Source: an uncultured Pelagibacteraceae bacterium
GTDB taxonomy: Bacteria; Pseudomonadota; Alphaproteobacteria; Pelagibacterales; AG-422-B15
Assembly: GCA_902624455.1 (NCBI GenBank)
Contig: CACNXQ010000001.1
Coordinates: 77,828 to 141,827 of the forward strand
Direction of reading: 5' to 3'
DNA length: 64,000 bases
Shown here: in pieces, positions 60,246-64,000 of the stretch
Numbering within the stretch: the stretch's first letter is position 1
Layout: every line of letters begins with the position of its first letter
The notes under the pieces: generated by a model
What the model saw: only the letters and a program-made list of their open reading frames with translations
Databases searched by the model: none
Told to the model about the DNA's origin: nothing
Program-made: the position numbers and the translations under genes

Positions 60246-63221
60246 ATGAGACCAAATATATTAAAACTAACTTTATCTGCTTTGTTACTGTCATTACCTT
60301 TTTACGGTAGTGCCAACTCTGCGGATATAAATCTACCAGGGTTTTCAGGTTCAGCAAACCATACTGTAACTTCAGGTTTTAGTATGCGTGTTGCAGACTA
60401 TGATTGTAAAAAATACACTGGAACTACTTACACGGAATCTGCATTACCTTCAGGAATAACCTCAGTGACGTCTGGAAATGGAAAGGGTTGTTCGTATACG
60501 GACTCGACTCCTAAATGGACAGATGTTTATGGTAACACCGCTTCCAAGTACAATCAGTTTCATGGTTCGCAACCTAATGCTGATAACGGTAGTTTAAACT
60601 TTGCTGAAGGTTCAATCTTCAGTGCAAAGCAAAAAATATTTGGTTCAATTACAGGAACAACTGACTCAGGTCTCGGAGTAGATGTTTCTTATAGTGCATC
60701 ATACAACCCCGCTTTAAGTCTCAACTCAGAAGATTTTAGACCGCTTACAAAGAGTGCGAAAGATGATTTTGAAACAGATATATCTCTTTATGATGCATAC
60801 ATAACTGGTTCATCTGAGACAGCTAACGGTTTTGTTGATTATCAGATTGGTAGATTTGCTACTAACTGGGGTGAAGCAACTTTCATTCCTGTTGGGGCTA
60901 ATGGTCTTGTAACGAATGCTCTCGATTTATCTAAAATCAGAGGTCCAGGTGCTTCAATTAGAGAAGCCTTAATTCCTACAGAACAAATTACGGTGAGCAC
61001 AGAAGTTGATGGAATATCTATCGATGCATACTATCAAATGAATGCAGAACAAGTTCAAGTTGATCCATCAGGATCTTACTTCGGTTCTGATTTTATTGGT
61101 GAAGGATCTGGATCAATCATCGCTGGTGGTGCCAATTCGTACGAAGTTGCTGGAGGCAGCACTTGTTTATTGAGTCAACAAACATCTGCGGCATGTGACG
61201 CTACTGCACTAGCTAACTCAAGGACTAGAGCAAATACAGTTTTAAACAAACTTGGTGATGGTTTTACAGCAATGCTAAGTGACTCTAATGCCCTCACTCT
61301 CGCTATGACACAGGCGTCTGTTACAACTTTTGGTAGTGCAGCAGGCGATAACGACCTTGGAAGTGACTTAGTTGATAATGCAGTATTAACAGCAGGCTCT
61401 GCAGCTCTTGGTATTGATGCAGGTTCGAATGCAGCTGCTGCAACTATAACTGGAGCAGGTACTGAAGTTTTATACTCAGGTGGTGCGGCTGGTTTCTCTA
61501 CAGCACTAGCTAACTTGGCAGCAGTTAATTATAAAGGTGACCAACAGCGTGCTGGTGTAGAAATTTTAGCAGACGATCAAAAACACATATATGCTGATGA
61601 TGGTGGTGAATACGGTATTCGATTAAGCACTTATTTAGATGACGTTGGTACTGGTTTAGATTTAAGTTTCTACGCTGCTAATTACCATAGTAAAGCACCT
61701 TATGTAAGAATCAAAGGTATGGGTAATTTGTTTGCTGGAGATGTTTATAATTTATATCGTGCAACGGTAACAGACAACCACGGTTTCTATGCAGGTGGCG
61801 CATTAGACGCACTTGATGGAGTTTTAAGAACCGGAACGGCTGGTCAAGCACTTTATACTGCTATTCAGGATACGACATACGGCGGAACATTATGTTCAGC
61901 AGTTCTCGCTGGTGCGGTTGGCTCAGCAACACTAAATGCACAAAGTGGTGGAGCTCTTTCGTTGACGAAGTACTCGATTTCTGATGAACAGAAAGCATTA
62001 TACATGTCTAGAGCTTTTGGAACGGCTATTGATGGTGAAAGAGCGCGAGTTCATAACTCAGCCGTTTGTAAAGCAACAGTTGATGGGATTGACCCTGCTG
62101 ATGGTACTTTGAATGATGCCAACTTTGGAGCGGAAGTTGTCACAGCAGGTATTGTTGGAGCAATTACTCCATTGAATGCTGCGACATTCCAGTTCATTTA
62201 TCCCGAGGATAATAAAATCCTAGGAACAAGCTTTAGTACAAACGTTGGCGCTACAACAGTTCAAGGTGAGCTCTCGTATAGACCAGACTTTCCATTAGCA
62301 ACGCCTGCATCAAGTCAGATCAATCAGATTTCTGATGCTAGTGGAGCTACACAAATGTTGAACTGGGTTGCTTTCACATCTCTAAATGCTCTTGGTACTA
62401 ATACATCTAGAGGTTTAGCTGGCGACGCTGCAGATACTACTGGTGACCAATTGCAAGCAATTCTCTGGGCAACAAAAGCGGGAACAGATGCAGCTTTAGG
62501 TGATGCTAACGGTTATGCAAATGCTATAAGAGACTTTAAGCGTTCATCATTGCCTGCAATTTCTCAGGCTACTGTTAATGCTGGAGATTACTATAGTACG
62601 CCGTTCATTAAATACGATGTGATATCAGTTGATATCGGCACTACAACACTGTTCACAGCTTCAGACCCAATTACTCTTGGACTAGGTGCAGACTCAGTTG
62701 CCCTCGTCACTGAGTTAGCAATGGTAAACATCCAAGATATGGACAACGCAGCTAATGGTTACGTTGCTCGTGGTGGATATGCCGCAAGTGGTGATAGTCC
62801 TGAAACATGTAAAGGAGCTGTAGGTTCTCAGAACCCTACTGCTGGTACTGGTTCAGTTACGAACTTGGGTGCATCAATTTACGATAGCCTCTTTGGTAAT
62901 GGTGGATATTGTGAAGATAATCCTGGGGCAGACGATATGTCTTTCTCTTATAGATTAGTTGGTTCTGCAACATACAATAACTTTAATAATTCTAGATGGT
63001 CATTATCGCCTAATTTTGCATTTGCTCATGATCCAAGTGGATTTGGGCCAAGTTCATTAGGTGGTTTTGTTGAAGACAGAATGTCACTATCTGTTGGCGT
63101 AAATGCAAATAGTGGTGGCACAACGGTTGGTCTAAGTTATGTGAATAACTTTGACAATGATGATGTCGGTCTTCAAACTGATAGAGATTATGTTACTGCT
63201 TCAGTAACACATTCATTTTAA
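60246..63221 (+). CDS. Large DUF1302-like outer-membrane beta-barrel protein
   Basis: Signal peptide (..LPFYGSANSA|D), C-terminal YVTASVTHSF (terminal Phe), SD AAAGGGGA upstream. Lies immediately upstream of a clear DUF1329 gene, the usual DUF1302-DUF1329 pairing. Family call rests on context and overall pattern. Confidence 0.55.
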   Translation: MRPNILKLTLSALLLSLPFYGSANSADINLPGFSGSANHTVTSGFSMRVADYDCKKYTGTTYTESALPSGITSVTSGNGKGCSYTDSTPKWTDVYGNTASKYNQFHGSQPNADNGSLNFAEGSIFSAKQKIFGSITGTTDSGLGVDVSYSASYNPALSLNSEDFRPLTKSAKDDFETDISLYDAYITGSSETANGFVDYQIGRFATNWGEATFIPVGANGLVTNALDLSKIRGPGASIREALIPTEQITVSTEVDGISIDAYYQMNAEQVQVDPSGSYFGSDFIGEGSGSIIAGGANSYEVAGGSTCLLSQQTSAACDATALANSRTRANTVLNKLGDGFTAMLSDSNALTLAMTQASVTTFGSAAGDNDLGSDLVDNAVLTAGSAALGIDAGSNAAAATITGAGTEVLYSGGAAGFSTALANLAAVNYKGDQQRAGVEILADDQKHIYADDGGEYGIRLSTYLDDVGTGLDLSFYAANYHSKAPYVRIKGMGNLFAGDVYNLYRATVTDNHGFYAGGALDALDGVLRTGTAGQALYTAIQDTTYGGTLCSAVLAGAVGSATLNAQSGGALSLTKYSISDEQKALYMSRAFGTAIDGERARVHNSAVCKATVDGIDPADGTLNDANFGAEVVTAGIVGAITPLNAATFQFIYPEDNKILGTSFSTNVGATTVQGELSYRPDFPLATPASSQINQISDASGATQMLNWVAFTSLNALGTNTSRGLAGDAADTTGDQLQAILWATKAGTDAALGDANGYANAIRDFKRSSLPAISQATVNAGDYYSTPFIKYDVISVDIGTTTLFTASDPITLGLGADSVALVTELAMVNIQDMDNAANGYVARGGYAASGDSPETCKGAVGSQNPTAGTGSVTNLGASIYDSLFGNGGYCEDNPGADDMSFSYRLVGSATYNNFNNSRWSLSPNFAFAHDPSGFGPSSLGGFVEDRMSLSVGVNANSGGTTVGLSYVNNFDNDDVGLQTDRDYVTASVTHSF

Positions 63222-63237
63222 TTAGGGAGAGTAAAGA

Positions 63238-64000
63238 ATGAAAACTATGAAACTTAAAAATATAATACTAACATCGATACTATCACTTGGACTTTCAGTA
63301 TCTGCTTTTGCAGGTGGCCATAAGTACTCAATTGATGCATCGAATGTAAGTGATTACGCAGATATGCTATCTGCTGGTCAATTAAACATGTTTGCTCAGT
63401 ACCCTGACACATATCGTATGGATGTGTATGACTCGAGTTCAGATTGTGAGATTGATGCGGATGTAAAGGCAATTTCTCAAACAAACGGAACCATGATCAA
63501 TGATAATGAAGGATTTGAAGTTCCAAATGCTGGACAAGTACCTTTCCCTAATCCTACTGATGCTCAGCATTTCGTCTGGAACTATCGAATGGCTGCAAGT
63601 CATGTAAACGCTTTATATCGTGTTCAAACTTCAACTAAAGTTGAAGCAGACGGATCAATCACTACAGGTCAGCAAGAAACAAACATTACGTTCCCAAGAA
63701 ATCCTAGAACCAAAGGAATGTATGCTGACAAAAATTTGTATGCATTATTCATGCAGAAAAACTTAGGTCCACCAAGAACTGCTGGAACTGTAACATTAGT
63801 TCATGACTTTATTGACAGTTACATGCAGCCTCGTAAAGCTTGGCAATATAACCCTGCAACAAGAAGAGTTAGACGTGCACCTGACATTACTTATGACACA
63901 CTAACTACTGCTGGTGGTGGTATTGTTACAGTTGATCAATATGGTGGTTTCAATGGTGCGCAAGATAGATATGACTGGTCTTATGAAGGTAAGAAAAAGA
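63238..64000 (+). CDS. DUF1329 (LolA-like outer-membrane lipoprotein-sorting fold) protein, 3' end outside window
   Basis: Frame open from ATG 63238 (SD AGGGAGA) to the window end. Signal peptide, QVPFPNP..AQHFVWNYR, and the hallmark AWQYNPATRRVRRAPDITYD...DQYGGFNGAQDRYDWSYEGKK. Confidence 0.8.
   Translation, partial: MKTMKLKNIILTSILSLGLSVSAFAGGHKYSIDASNVSDYADMLSAGQLNMFAQYPDTYRMDVYDSSSDCEIDADVKAISQTNGTMINDNEGFEVPNAGQVPFPNPTDAQHFVWNYRMAASHVNALYRVQTSTKVEADGSITTGQQETNITFPRNPRTKGMYADKNLYALFMQKNLGPPRTAGTVTLVHDFIDSYMQPRKAWQYNPATRRVRRAPDITYDTLTTAGGGIVTVDQYGGFNGAQDRYDWSYEGKKK

Noticed and set aside
63254-63484. 76-aa minus-strand ORF just after the DUF1302-like gene.
   Set aside because: It overlaps the 5' part of the plus-strand DUF1329 gene, which has an SD, a signal peptide and family hallmarks. 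The minus-strand translation is His/Gln-rich and has no homology signal.
1-64000. Scan for CRISPR arrays, IS elements or transposases, toxin-antitoxin pairs, restriction-modification or other defence genes, and rRNA genes.
   Set aside because: None were seen. No spaced direct-repeat arrays, no transposase or integrase-like ORFs, and no small adjacent TA-like gene pairs. Nearly all intergenic space is under 120 bp and is accounted for by the features listed.

Overview
Visibly AT-rich, very tightly packed bacterial chromosome segment in which many genes abut or overlap. Gene content and order are typical of a streamlined marine alphaproteobacterium (SAR11/Pelagibacterales-like, by inference). 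Evidence for this: HslV with a WHGTTI N-terminal extension, secB-fxsA-Tim44-like, DUF3576-leuS, DUF1674, EVE-gpsA-tsaD, and maf|hemE. The window appears to span the replication-origin neighbourhood. The block maf-aroE-coaE-dnaQ lies on the minus strand. It is followed by a 271-bp gap, the longest non-coding stretch in the window and the candidate oriC. To its right, hemE-hemH-hemG, rho, mnmE-mnmG-rsmG-parA-parB lie on the plus strand, with a perfect 16-bp parS inside rsmG. Other core content: grpE-dnaK-dnaJ, dapB, nth, an extended his operon, hslVU, holA-lptE-leuS, ftsK-lolA, purH-rpe, acs, hemC-hemD and one tRNA-Gly(GCC). I found no CRISPR array, integrase, transposase, toxin-antitoxin pair or recognisable defence system. 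The least ordinary parts are envelope or accessory modules of unknown function: (1) a TPR-sulfotransferase wedged into the conserved leuS-lptE-holA triad; (2) a cassette next to tRNA-Gly (FkbM methyltransferase, UMF1-type MFS, two uncharacterised membrane proteins); (3) an unusually long DUF1302-like outer-membrane protein followed by DUF1329, cut by the window end; (4) an orphan OmpR-type regulator with a degenerate receiver domain, next to a signal-less L,D-transpeptidase-fold protein. All functional calls come from reading the translated ORFs and motifs by eye. No database search was run.
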